From the NCBI GenBank assembly GCA_951406725.2, contig OX597814.1, positions 169,384,001 to 169,448,000 on the forward strand: a DNA stretch of 64,000 nt. Reading direction: 5' to 3'. Below, piece by piece: positions 25,239 through 37,924 of this stretch. How positions within the stretch are numbered: position 1 is the stretch's first letter; each line of letters opens with the position of its first letter. Below the pieces are notes generated by a model. It searched no databases. It worked only from the letters and a program-made list of their open reading frames with translations, and was not told the DNA's origin. This DNA comes from Octopus vulgaris. Its lineage: Eukaryota. Made by a program: the position numbers and the translations under genes.

Positions 25239-25624
25239 ATATTGAGAGGTAATATCTATCCCCACATGGGTGTTCTGTTAGAACAAGCTATACTGTGCTA
25301 GATACCATGAGAGAAACTCTCATATTGGCTTTTGGTGCAAAATGCACTCGTTTATATCGTTAGCAGGGAGATAAATCTGTGCTATCTCCAGTGCCTAGAC
25401 CACCAGGTCATATGATGGATGAGACCAAGGAAGGTTGAAATCATGTGTTCTGGTGGTCTCACTGCTGGAGATGGCAGGAATTTATATCCCTGCTTGCGAT
25501 ATAAACAACAGTGCATTTTGCACCAAAAGCTAATATGAAGTTTCTCTCATGGTAACTACAGCAGTATAGTTTGTTCTAATGGAACATCCACATTTAAGCA
25601 AGGATAAATATTACCTCTTGGTAT
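25239..25624 (+). ncRNA. Candidate long hairpin RNA (about 175-bp imperfect stem, G:U-rich)
   Basis: 25239-25416 pairs with 25440-25624; the inverted repeat is certain, RNA function is inferred from the G:U strand asymmetry. Confidence 0.5.
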
Positions 25625-25781
25625 TAATACCACCTTTGTTGCTAATATATATTTCTAACAAGCTAATTGACTAATTGTGACACCAGTGTTTGTTCCGGCA
25701 TTATTTTTCTATATGTTGCTGGAGGGGAGATAAGTTGCTGCTATCTCTAGTAGTTGAGCATCCATCATTGACAAAACCAAA

Positions 25782-26666
25782 GAGGGATCTTTATGGTTTT
25801 CATCACTGTTTACAATTTTGTTCCAACCATATTCTAATTTGATATATGGATTAAGTTTTGTATACTAATTATGAAAATGAATTTCATTTCTCCCATAAAT
25901 CCATAATTAAAAAGTTATTAGTCTTTAAAATTTGCATAATTTGGGTATTTTAACCATTCTGAAGCGAGTATCTTACACATCACCATGGTGAAGAATTCTG
26001 TTTCCATAATAACCAAAGATGCTGTGCGTGTGTACAAGGAGTAACAAATACCAGTGTGGGATACACCATTCCATGGTGACTCTTATCTTTGTGAATTTAT
26101 GTGAGAAAGAGATATGAGAAAGATAATTTATTATATAAAATCCTAGAGTGTACTGCAAAGTTTCGTTCTTGAATTTTTTTAACTAATGTCTGTTTTAAAC
26201 AATGTTTTTACTGTTATTTCTAGCAGCTCCTGTTGGTTTGTGTGTAGTTTTTAAATATTTAATTTGCTCACGAATGTTTTGATGTTAACCTTGCTTATGT
26301 ATATTTTAATGTTTTGACTGTTATTTCTAGCAACTCCTGTCAGTTCATTTGTAGCTTTTAAATATTTAATTTCCTTGCGAATGTTTTCATGCTTTTCCCT
26401 GTTTACTATAGCTAGTTTAATATTTTGACATACTGATGCCCACCACTCCCCAATGATGGAAGAGGCAGCAAACATGCTGTTTCCTGATTGGCTGAAAATT
26501 CTGAAAATTATCAAACTTTGAACACCTGTAACATTTGTTCAAACATTTTCTGGGATAAATAAATAACAAATTCAGATTCAGCATCAAAAATTACATCTAT
26601 ATGATACATTAAAATATCTTTTAAAAAATAACTGTAAACAATGACGTAAACCACAAGGATTCCCCC
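25782..26666. mobile_element. Non-autonomous DNA transposon, Sola-like
   Basis: About 35-bp imperfect TIR GAGGGATCTTTATGGTTTTCATCACTGTTTACA vs reverse complement GGGGAATCCTTGTGGTTTACGTCATTGTTTACA; CAAA on both flanks (4-bp TSD). Confidence 0.6.
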
Positions 26667-26689
26667 CAAATAATCAAAATCATGTGATA

Positions 26690-27005
26690 TGGTGGTCTCG
26701 GTGCTGTGCTTGAGGAGACCTACTGAGTCAAGTACATCGACATCAAAATAAATATCGAATGGAATTTGTAGTTGTGATACCTGTGGCCACTGCCAGCCTC
26801 CCCTGGCACCTGTACCGGTGGTATGCAAAAAACACCCACTACACTCATGGAGTGGTTGGTATTAGGAAGGGCATCCAGCTGTAGAAACACTGCCAGATTA
26901 GATTGAGCCTGGTGCAGCCTTCTGGCTTCCCAGACCCCAGTCAAACCGTCCAACCCATGCTAGGACAGAAAACAGAGGTTAAACGACGATGATGATGATG
27001 ATAAT
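26690..27005 (+). mobile_element. RTE-tail repeat (family C) with (GAT)n tail
   Basis: GGAAGGGCATCCAGCTGTAGAAAC...GTCCAACCCATGCTAG...GATGATGAT. Confidence 0.8.
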
Positions 27006-28014
27006 GATAATCACTTGGCATAATTATGAAAGGAAGGACATCCAGCCATAGAAAATTTGTCTCAACAGAATTCCTTCTGTCTCATGCAAACATGGAAAAG
27101 AAAATGTTAAACTGATGAGGGTGATGATGAAAGAGAAAAAAATCCATAAATGCATGGAAATTAGAGTGAATTTAGAGTTTTGTTTATGCTGATATTCTGC
27201 TTTATAGTGTGTTGGACAGAGAATTGAGAGAAGCCAGAAATTGGTGTAAGTTCATGGTAATATGTATGCATACACACACACATACACATGTACACATGCA
27301 CACATGCACACACACAAAGCACACATTCCCATACATGCATACAAGCACACACCCAAAACACATACACAAAGCAAACATGCACACATGCACTAAAACATGC
27401 ACATAGCATAAATTCACAAATTGGTGCACACACACACAAACACACACACTTAAAAGATTAGCAACATTGCTTCCATTGCAGCAGCAACAAAATGGCTTTG
27501 TTGAGCTCTGTTGTTGCTAGGTTGCTATTTCTGGACAGAGATTATGATATTTTTGTTTGTCCTCACATAAAAAAACAGAAAAAAATCTTCACTAAAAAAA
27601 GTAAAAAAGGAAAAGAAGTCTACACAGAAAGTAAAAAACTTTAATTATAGTAAGACATATAGATTCTCTGTTGGTACTGATAATGAGCATTCCAGTTATT
27701 TAATCACCTGATCTAGCTTCTCATTGTATTATAGTATGGGCGGCTGAGTATTCTATAGATACTTGCATCTTTAAAATAATCTTTAGAAGGAATCAATAAG
27801 ACGCAGTGTTTGACAAAGCTGGCCATTTTAATTATAGGTGTTTTCCATTTAACAGGCATCCACAAAGTTGCTGTCTACATAGTTTCACACTGTGAGTTTT
27901 GGATGACCTAAAGCTATGCCAAAAAATACTTGTATAAGATGTCACACTTTGGTTTGAAACCAGGATCTCTGGATTATGAAACGAATAACTTAGCCATTTG
28001 TTCATGCCAGTATC

Positions 28015-28247
28015 TCTTTCTTTATTACCCACAAGGGGCTAAACATAGAGGGGACAAACAAGGACAGACAAACGGATCAAGTCGATTACATCGACCCCAG
28101 TGCATAACTGGTACTTAATTTATCGACCCCGAAAGGATGAAAGGCAAAGTCAACCTTGGCGGAATTTGAACTCAGAACGTAATGGCAGACGAAATACAGC
28201 TATGCATTTTGCCCAGCGTGCTAGCGTATCTGCCAGCTCGCCGCCTT
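28015..28247 (-). mobile_element. SINE family B, full length
   Basis: Reverse strand GGCGGCGAGCTGGCAG head; flanked by CATGCCAGTATC direct repeats. Confidence 0.9.
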
Positions 28248-28994
28248 CATGCCAGTATCATTGTGTGTGTGTGTGTGTGTGTGCATGCGTGCATGTGCAT
28301 TTCTGTGTCTTGGCATCATGTGAGATTTGTAAAAAATGTAACCAGTGTTACTGTCATGTAACTGGCGCTAATCATTTCCAGTCTTTGGGAAAGCATGTTT
28401 GGCAATGAGAAAATATTACCTTGCTTGAAAACAAATGAAGGTTGGCAATAGGAAAGGTGTCTGGTCATAGAAAATCTGCCTCTGTGGACTCCATCGGACA
28501 CACGGAAAAGTGGTCATTAAAATGATGATGATGATAATGGTAGTGAGGAGGAGTTGGAAGGTTACAATGATGGCAATGATACCAGCACCAATGCCATTAC
28601 TGCTGCTGTTTCTGCCACTGTTATAATGTAAGATGAATAATGATATTGTGTTCAGATAATAACTTTATAAATGAACTGAGAAAACATTGCAGTAATTCTG
28701 AACTGAAATGTAAAATGGCAAACTATAACTTCATTTGTCCACAAGCAAAATAAACCATCTGTACCATAGTAAGTGTGCTAAGGCGAAAAGAGAAAATCCA
28801 TTACAATGAGTCAATGTATATCTAATGTCACTTGGTAGAGTCCATAATGTGTCCCCTTGGACGAATCAACATAAGCTTATAATAAACGATGTGAGAGTGT
28901 AAAATGTCACATGATAGAATCGTGTGCCTTGATTGGATGACATTTAATAAACAATGTTTTGCGTCGAGACAACAGTCTCTAAATGAGGAAGGAA

Positions 28995-29272
28995 GAGTCT
29001 TGTTCCCTCCTCATTTCTAGGTCCAAAACCATAACCTCCATGAACTCTCTGGAATCTATGGGGGTGCTGTCCAACATGCCCACTGAAGTCACCAGCCACA
29101 ATAAAAAAGTCTCTGTCATTTATCGTTGAGGTGGTCTGCAAAAGGATTTCATAGAATTAGTCCTACTTATCAGTCAGCCCAAATTCGAGGAGCATAAGCA
29201 GAGATAAATGTAACTGTTAATTTACTTATGATAAGTCTCATCTTAATTACCCTATTACATACTCTGACTACC
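28995..29272 (-). mobile_element. RTE-clade LINE apurinic endonuclease fragment
   Basis: RVCNRVIKMRL...ISAYAP...IVAGDFSGHVG...HGGYGFGPRNEEGTR. Confidence 0.85.
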
Positions 29273-29559
29273 TCAGAGTATGTAATAGGGTAATTAAGAT
29301 GAGAGCCAGCTCTGACCAATGAGTTGATCACAACCGATGGCTGACTATAGCATTTCCAGCAGGTAAAGTAATGCTTCTACCTGCAGTCAAAAAATCCAGC
29401 TTGCAAATTTGACTAATCTCTCATTTGGAGAGCAAGAGCATCATATATTGCAGACACCTTAGCCATATTTGTCATTTGTTGTTGCAATGTAGAAATCATG
29501 TTCAGAGTTTCAGTGGGAATAAAGTTCACATATGGTTCCCAGTCACATGCATTCAAATA

Positions 29560-30650
29560 GTTTCTGCCTTCTCTGTCTCTCTGTCACACTCTAACTTTTC
29601 ATCATCTGACACGAGATTACCTCCTCCAATGCCCCTCCTCTATAACAGCAAGAGACCTGTTTCTGCCTCTTTGTCTCCCTGTCATGCTCTAACCTTTCAT
29701 CATCTGATACAAGACCACCTCCTCTAATGTCCCCTCACCTCTCAAAGTTTCCTTGTTTTGAAAGTTACTTGGTGACCCTGCCTGTACTGGTGCCACATGA
29801 AAAGCACTCAGTCCGCTCTGTGGGGTGGTTGGTGTTAGGAAGGGCATCCAGTCATAAAAACCATCCCAAAACAGATACAGATGTTTGGTGCAGTCTTCTG
29901 CCTGGCCAGCTTCTGTCAAATCTTCTAGCCTATGCCAGCATGGAAGGTGGACATTAAATGCTGGTAGCCCCCATAACTTTATACATACCCAGATCTTTCC
30001 TCACTTGTTCACACTTTTTAATCACATTCGCTTTGCAATATCCTGCCACTTATATTATGGCCTTTGAACCTAAAGGGTATGTCCTGGCACTTGCCCCTAT
30101 CTATATCACTCTTTTGCTTTACTCAACCATCCAATTTGTATTCTTATCCTTGTTCCTTGTGAGTATGCCTGGTATTTTGCTACCATCTCTATCCTACTGT
30201 CTCCTGCTCTCTCTCACCTTCTCCTGCACTTCTCTCAAGGTGGGTAACCAAGTATTTTCTTTGTGGTAGCACACCTGTTTCTGTCTTCATTCCTGATCTT
30301 TCTCTCTCTGGTCAGGTAATCTTGTACTTCCTCTATAGCAAGACACCTGTATCTGTCTCTCTATAACATTTTCACCATCTAACACAAGATCCCTTCCTTC
30401 AATGCCTCCTCCCTTCTTGAAAGTTTTGTCTTGCAAGTACTTGGTGACCCTATCAGTGTAGGTGCCACTTAAAAGCACCCACACTGTAAAGTGGTTGGTG
30501 TTCGGAAGTGCATCCAGCTGTAAAAACCTTGCCAAAACTGACCTAACCTACTGTGCCATGAAAAACGCACTAAGTCCACTCTGCTGAGTGGTTGGTGTTA
30601 GGAAAGGTATCCATCTGTAAAAATCCTGCCAAAACAGTCACAGAAGGCTA
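29560..30650 (+). mobile_element. Cluster of family C / RTE-related repeats
   Basis: Repeated GTTACTTGGTGACCCT and GTGGTTGGTGTTAGGAAGGGCATCCAG motifs; similar to 56340-56800. Confidence 0.65.
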
Positions 30651-30814
30651 AGCAATAATGACAACAACAACGACAACAGCAAATTCCTCTATAGTGAGGA
30701 CACTTGTGAATTAGGCTGTGCCACAATTAAAAATCAATAATCAAATTGATTGGGAAAACATAAATCATTAGCATTCATTTTATCTTCTTAAAATTCACAA
30801 CCTTTTAAAACCAT

Positions 30815-31296
30815 CCACCACCACCACCACCACCACCGCCACCGCCGCCACCGCCGCCACCACCACCATCACCACTACTGGCATTACTACCACTGAAAGC
30901 ACTCTCTACCCACTACTATTCCCACTGTCACCACCACAACAACCATCATCACTGTTAGCATTATAATTACTACCACCACCACCACCACCACCACCACCAT
31001 CACTACAACTACTACCACCACTGCCACCACCACAACCACCACCACTGCTACCACCATCATTACAACCACCACCACCACCACCACCTCCTCCTTCTCTAAC
31101 TCCATCTTTCCTCACTGCTACCACTACAACTACTAATAACAGCAACAAAAATAGCAACATCAAAATGTTTTTTTTTGTTTTCTTATTTACTTTTCATTTC
31201 CATTATTTTTTTTTTCCACTTCTGTCTAATTTTGTTAAGTTCAAAATAACTTAATATGGTCTTTGGTAATGCTGCTGTTACTAACACCATTATCAG

Positions 31297-31328
<32 letters not shown>

Positions 31329-31352
31329 TTGCTGCTGCTGCTGCTGTTGCTG

Positions 31353-31408
<56 letters not shown>

Positions 31409-31423
31409 GCTGCGGCTGCTGCT

Positions 31424-31474
<51 letters not shown>

Positions 31475-31697
31475 ATACTACTACTGTTATTCCTGCTGCT
31501 GCTGTTGTTGTTAAGCAACAAGTCGGGTAAGGGTGATTAGGTGATGGTCAAGACCTTGAAAAAAAAAACTTTGGTCGTCTTGTTGCAGTCAAGGGCTCTA
31601 TGTTGATGCCCGACACCACTGGGAGGTGGCCCTACAAGTTGCTGGAAATGGAGATCTCCAGGTCCAAATTCTTGGACGGCTGCTGCTGCTGCTACTG

Positions 31698-31743
<46 letters not shown>

Positions 31744-31745
31744 CA
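30815..31745. repeat. (CAC)n/(TAC)n/(TGC)n trinucleotide microsatellites
   Basis: Directly visible. Confidence 0.95.
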
Positions 31746-31849
31746 TAGTCATTTCAGTAAATGTTATTATCCTGACTTGAACTCCTTACCACCGTTATCA
31801 CCACTTCTAATGTCATGATGCTCAACCCATTACCACACCCACTACTGAC

Positions 31850-32170
31850 TGGCACTCCACTGGTTATGATGCTGAGGGTTCCAGTTGATCTGTTCAATGG
31901 AAAAGCCTGCTCGAGAAATGAACGTGCAATTGGCTGAGCATGCCACAGACACATGTACCCTTAACATAGTTTTCAGAGAGATTCAGCATGACACAGAATG
32001 GGACAAGGCTGGCCCTTTAAAATACATGTACAGTTTATTTTTGCCAGCTGTATGGACTGGAACAATGTGGAATAAAATCACTTGCTCAAGGACACAATTT
32101 GTTGCCAGGTATTGAACCGATGAACTTATGATTGTGAGCTGAATGCCCTAACCTCTAAGCCACACAATTT
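31850..32170 (-). mobile_element. tRNA-derived SINE family E
   Basis: Reverse strand head followed by TGTGTCCTTGAGCAAG; homologous to 34810-35500 and 37290-37495. Confidence 0.8.
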
Positions 32171-32574
32171 CACTACCATATCCACTGCTGCCTTCACACA
32201 AGCATCAGTACTGGCCCCTTATCCTGGCCTAGTCTTTCTGCCCTCTCCTCCTCTCTTTTCCTCCCTCCTTCCCTCTCTACCTCCCTCCTCTTCCCTCCCT
32301 CCTTCTCTACCTCCCTCCCTCCTCCGCCCTCCCTTCTTCCCTCCTCCTCCTGCCCCTTCTACTCCCTCCTCCTGCCTTCTCTCCTCCCTCCTCCTGCTTT
32401 CACTCCTCCCTCTTCCTGCCCCTCCCTCCTTGTCCTTCTCACCCTCCCCCACCCCTCACTCTCTCCCCAGTCACATCCCTCCTCCCACCCTTCCTCCCCC
32501 TCCCTTCCCACCTTCTCTCTCTCACCCCCCATCCCACCTCTCTCTCCGTCACACTTTCTGCAGGAATCTAGCCA

Positions 32575-32716
32575 CAACCTTTGGAAACATACTACAGTGT
32601 ATCCAATTCCTAAGAAGGGAAACTCCCCCACTTTACTCTGCCAAAAATCTGCTGTCGCTTCCAACTTCTCAAAGGTGATGGAGACTATCATGAACAACCA
32701 CTTTGTCTTATACTTT
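32575..32716 (+). mobile_element. CR1/L2-like LINE RT N-terminal fragment
   Basis: WKHTTVYPIPKKGNS...SNFSKVMETIMN. Confidence 0.65.
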
Positions 32717-33114
32717 AACAAAAACAAAGAAAATTGCAGCAAAGCTGCGTGATTGCGGTATCAGATGTGGCATACAGACCTTCATTTAACTTGTTTGATA
32801 TTACATTTTTATTCTTCTCTTGTGTTTTATTTTGACATGTGCATTGCAGTTTTATTCTTCTCTTCTATTTTACAAATTCGGTGTGCACATGCACAAAGCA
32901 TGTTAATTCTTCTTTTTCTGGTTTCTACTCAAAACTGTTTACAAATCAGAACCATCTCACAAACTGCATTTGTGAAGAGCGCTTCACACTCTGATGGTTG
33001 TGAAAAAGATCTTCTCATCTCGCTACACAAAAAAGTAGCAGTGGTACCAATGAATTGAGAAACATTGTCATATTTGGACAGAATTCAAGGTGTCTGCCTT
33101 CATTATGATCAGTA

Positions 33115-33915
33115 TAGGTGCAGGAATGGCTGTGTGGTAAGTAGCTTGCTTACCAACCACATGGTTCTGGGTTCAGTCCCACTGTGTGGCACCTTGGGCA
33201 AGTGTCTTCTACTATAGCCTTTGGCCTACCAAAGCCTTGTTAGTGGATTTAGTAGACGGAAAACTGAAAGAAGCCCGTCGTATATATGTATATATATATA
33301 TATATGTTTGTATGTGTGTTTGTGTGTCTGTGTTTGTCCCCCCAACATCGCTTGACAACCAATGCTGGTGTGTTTGTGTCCCCGTAACTTAGTGGTTCAG
33401 CAAGAGAGACCGATAGAATAGGTACTAGGCTTACAAAGAATAAGTCCTGGGGTTGATTTGCTCGACTTAAGGTGGTGCTCCATCATGGCCACAGTCAAAT
33501 GACTGAAACAAGTAAAAGAGTAAAGAGAAAGAGTAAAATCATACAGGCATGGCTGTGTGGATAGGTACAGGTGTGGCTATGTGGTAAGAACATTGTCTCC
33601 CAACCACATGGTTTCAGGTTCAGTACTACTACCTGGCACCTTGGGAAAGTGTCATCTATTATTGCCTCAGGCCAACGAAAGCCTTAGATTCGGTACATGG
33701 AAACTGAAAGAAGCCTACCACATATATGTCCCTAACCAGCTGGGTGTTTTCATCCATGGCAAAAGAGACTAATAGAACATGTACCAGACTTCAAAAAAAA
33801 AAAAATAATAATAATTATAAGTACTAGGGTCAATTCATTCGACTAAAAATTCTTCAAGACAGTGCCCTAGAATGACCAGTCCTAATGCCTGAAACAAGTA
33901 AAAAAAGTAAAAAAG
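33115..33915 (+). mobile_element. Two tandem SINE family A copies (second degenerate)
   Basis: GGTGCAGGAATGGCTGTGTGGTAAG head...GACTGAAACAAGTAAAAGAG tail, then repeated. Confidence 0.88.
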
Positions 33916-34019
33916 AGAAAAACAGATTGGACAATGGCAGATGTAAAACATTGTATGACATACAAGTAGCCAATGTATGGCAACTAGTTGAAGATATGGC
34001 ATATCCAAAGTTTTTGATC

Positions 34020-34800
34020 TGCGGATCACACCCTGTCATTTAGTTATGCTCGATTTGTCATAGCTGGCATTTCAACTAGTTCTTGAAATCATTCAATCCT
34101 TGTTCAACCGTGGTTGAGACAATGGAATTTACTATGTTATGCCAGACTTCACAGCATTACGGAAGTCATGTTGCTGGATGCCTGTATCCCTGGAGATTAC
34201 ATCAGGGTAGGAGAGTGTGCGCCCTCTGGTATATCAAGCAGATGGCTTCCAGAGGAAAAGAGTAGAAATTACCTTGTTTTCAGCTCTACAACAATGTCCA
34301 ACAAACTGGACTCTTCTACCTTTCACAAGAGATGATACAGGTGGTAATTTCCTATTTATTGAAATGCTTCTAGGTGGCTCATCTGTCTCATTTGTTCTGG
34401 CTGACCTCACTGTAGAATATGGCTTTGTCCATGTGTGAGATGTGGCCTGCCCATCTGAGCTCTCCCAGGCAGCGATAGACTCCACAGGGTGCATGTGAGT
34501 TGCAGCACAGATGAAGGTGAAGCAAGATTGCATCCAGACTGCTTCAAGCAATTCTGAGAAGGCCAGAGCAACTGCAACAGATAAGAAATGCTAAAGAAGG
34601 AACGAGTCATTGTCACAATCCCCATCTATCTAAAGCCTACATATTTGTCCCAAGTGTGTTAGAGCCTGTCATTCAAGAATCGGTTTACATAATCACTTAA
34701 GCGGCTTGCCAATCTTCCTGATCTTCAGACACAAAGAAACTGCCATCATGCTCCTGTGTCATAGATCTGTTTAATCAAGCCTGACCTGAGGTTACACAAC
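34020..34800 (-). mobile_element. RTE-like LINE C-terminal fragment, decayed
   Basis: RRVQFVGHCCRAENKVISTLFLWKP resembles RTE-type RT C-terminal motifs. Confidence 0.6.
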
Positions 34801-34809
34801 AGCATTAAA

Positions 34810-35500
34810 ATTGGCTCTCCATCGGTTATGACGATGTGTGTTCCAGTTGATCCAATCAAGGGAACTGCTTGCTTGTGAAATTAATGAGTAAGAGGATGAG
34901 CACTCTACAGACATGAGTAACCTTAATGTAGTTCTCAGGGAGATGTAGCATGCCTTTTGAAATACAGGTACTACTCATTTTTGCCAGCTGAGTGTACTGG
35001 AGCAATGTGAAATAAATACCACTGAATATTCTTTTTTACTCTAGGCACAAGGCCTGAAATTTTGGGGGAGGGGGGTCAGTCAATTAGATCGACCCCAGTA
35101 TGCAACTTAATCTATCAACCCCGAAAGGATGTAAGGCAAAATCAACCTTGGCAGAATTTGAACTCAGAAAGTAAAGACAGACGAAATACCTATTTCTTTA
35201 CTACCCACAAGGGGCTAAACACAGAGAGGACAAACAAGGACAGACAAACGGATTAAGTCGATTGTATCGACCCCAGTGCGTAACTGGTACTTATTTAATC
35301 GACCCCGAAAGGGTGAAAGGCAAAGTCGACCTTGGTGGAATTTGAACTCAGAACGTAGCAGCAGATGAAATACCACTAAGCATTTTGCCCGGCATGCTAA
35401 CATTTCTGCCAGCTTGCTGCTTCAAATACCTCTGAATATTGAACTCATGACCATATATTTGTAAGCCAAATACCCTAACCATTAAGCCACGTGCCTTCAC
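34810..35500 (-). mobile_element. SINE family E interrupted by two family B copies (35030-35420)
   Basis: Family motifs; AAATACC(A/T)CTGAATATT duplicated on both sides of the insert. Confidence 0.8.
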
Positions 35501-37289
35501 AAAAGCATAAACTCATCTAAAAAAAAATAAGATAGATAATTACTAATTGGTTGAATAAACCATTCCAGTCAAAACAAATCCTACAGCTGATTTGACTCTA
35601 GTTTTAGCATTGAGCCTCCCCATCATTCTACTGTTACTCTGAAACTTACTTTGAAATAATAACCTTAAATTAACATTTAATTGTTATTAATTAGTACAAA
35701 CCTGATACAGCCAGCACATATGGAGACTGATGCTTAAGTCTAATTAATGATTAATTGTCTTAAAATTAGAAAAGTTTTCTGCAGGGATATGTAGTCTGAA
35801 AACAGACATTGGAATAAAACTTATGTGTTAGTTATATATGCTAGAAATGGCAATTAAATCTCTCTGAAATCACACCCTGCCATCTTTAAATTATCCAATA
35901 TTGGGTAATTAATTTATTCTTAGATATACTATGTCAATATTAAAAAGACAGGGTGGTCATGATTTAAATGTATTTGACCATAGGCCTACTTGACCAGTGC
36001 TGATCTGATACTGAACAATTACAACTACCATGAACCAATCAGGTAAGTTTTTTTATGAATGTTTGATCAGCCAAACACAGCAGCTAAACCTTCCTCAAAT
36101 AGTATCCTAGACTTTCAAAACAATGTAAGGACACACTGGATAATGTGGTCCTAAATATATTATGTATTGAAAATTAAAGACAGGATGATCTCAAGTGAAA
36201 CACCTTTCATCAAATGCCTTCTGGACCTGGACTGACCTGGAACAAACAAACACTACCAACAGCTTGTGTAATAAAATTATGTTGCTTCATAATCTTGAGA
36301 ATATGTCCAATATACAAATTCGCATGACTAACCAAGCTTACAAAGAAGAATACGACAAAAATTTCACTTCACTTCGCTGCAAATAAAACAAATATAAAGA
36401 AAGATAAAATATTTAAAGGAAGCGACGAGTTTAGATATAGATTTATTTGTCAGTTCCTAAGATGTTTTCTGAGGAAAAAAAAAATAATGATAAAATGGTT
36501 AAAAAAGAAGATTCCTCTCAAAGCTCATTGCTTTTCCAATGCAACGAGCTTTGACATTTAACTCCAGTAGCTGGCTCTATCTTTCTGTATTTCCCTCCTA
36601 TTCATGAATGAAAAGAATGAGAGAATTTTATATCTCTTATCAAGCTTGTCCATTCCCAAGTTAGTTTGCTTTTTATCAGACAAGACTTTTATTTTGTTTT
36701 TCTCTCTATCATCATTTCATTGTTTCCTGAAATGAAAAAGTGGGGGAAAAAAATTGGTAATTTTTTTTTTATATATTGACTATGGGATAACAAAAAACAA
36801 AAAAAAAAACCCCAACAAATTGAAGTTCACTTTCCAAGTTATATTTTGTCACCTTTTATTGAAACTTTATGCTTTCTCTTCATTGATTTCAGATTTTTAT
36901 CAATTTTATATTTGTGTCTTTTATTTTATTTTGGCTTTTTCACTCCTATTTTTAAAACTATTTTCCACAATATTTCTTAATTTCTTTGCGATTCATGATC
37001 TTATAGATCAAGTATTGTTAATACTGAGAGAAATGTTGATGTTATTTTGTTCTTCCTATTGTTGCTGTCTTTGGCTCATGTTGTTATAGTACCTTTTGCT
37101 TTGCCACATGTTGGAAAAGGGATATTATTTATTTATTTGTTTTTAATTTGGTCTGGTAAAGCCTGCAAAAATTACAGGAACTGCTCACCTCATTAGATTA
37201 TCTTTTTTTTAAGAAAAAATTAAAAAATCCCAGGTTAGCCTTGGTCAAACAGAACTATGGAATATTGGTAGTTGGGTGTAATTTCTAAG

Positions 37290-37495
37290 CATGGTGCAAA
37301 GCTTAGTGGTTAGAGTATTTGGCTCGTGACCACAAGGTCATGAGGTCGATTCCCAGTAGAGTGTTGTGTCCTTGATTAAAACACTTTATTTCACATTGTT
37401 ACAGTTCCATTCAGCGAGCAAAAATGAGTTGCACATGTAATTCAAAGGACCGGCCTTGTCACATTTGATGTATCATGCTGAATCTCCCTGAGAAA
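37290..37495 (+). mobile_element. SINE family E 5' part
   Basis: GCTTAGTGGTTAGAG...GGTCGATTCCC...GTGTCCTTGA. Confidence 0.75.
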
Positions 37496-37530
37496 TTGAA
37501 AGAAACCTATTGTGTATGCATGTATGTGTG

Positions 37531-37581
<51 letters not shown>

Positions 37582-37924
37582 CTTTAGTGTTTATATTATC
37601 TGTCAAGTGCAATATTCATTTATTCATATTGTTTTCAATTAAGCATGCATTATCTTGTAGCTTCAAGATTTCAAGGATACAGTTGTGTATGTTTTGAATG
37701 ACATTTTTATTGTGAGAGAGGTCAGATCTGGCCAGTTTGAACATAGTACATTCAGAAAACATTGGGTCAGGTATGGCCCATTTAAATGCTAATGAGATAT
37801 ACACATAACAAAACAGGAATGTGAAAATATATCTTTGATATTATTCATTCTCCACTACACATGTTACATTTGCTAATAGGAATTACAAAGATTTACACCA
37901 TAGATTGACATGTAAGGAATTTCT

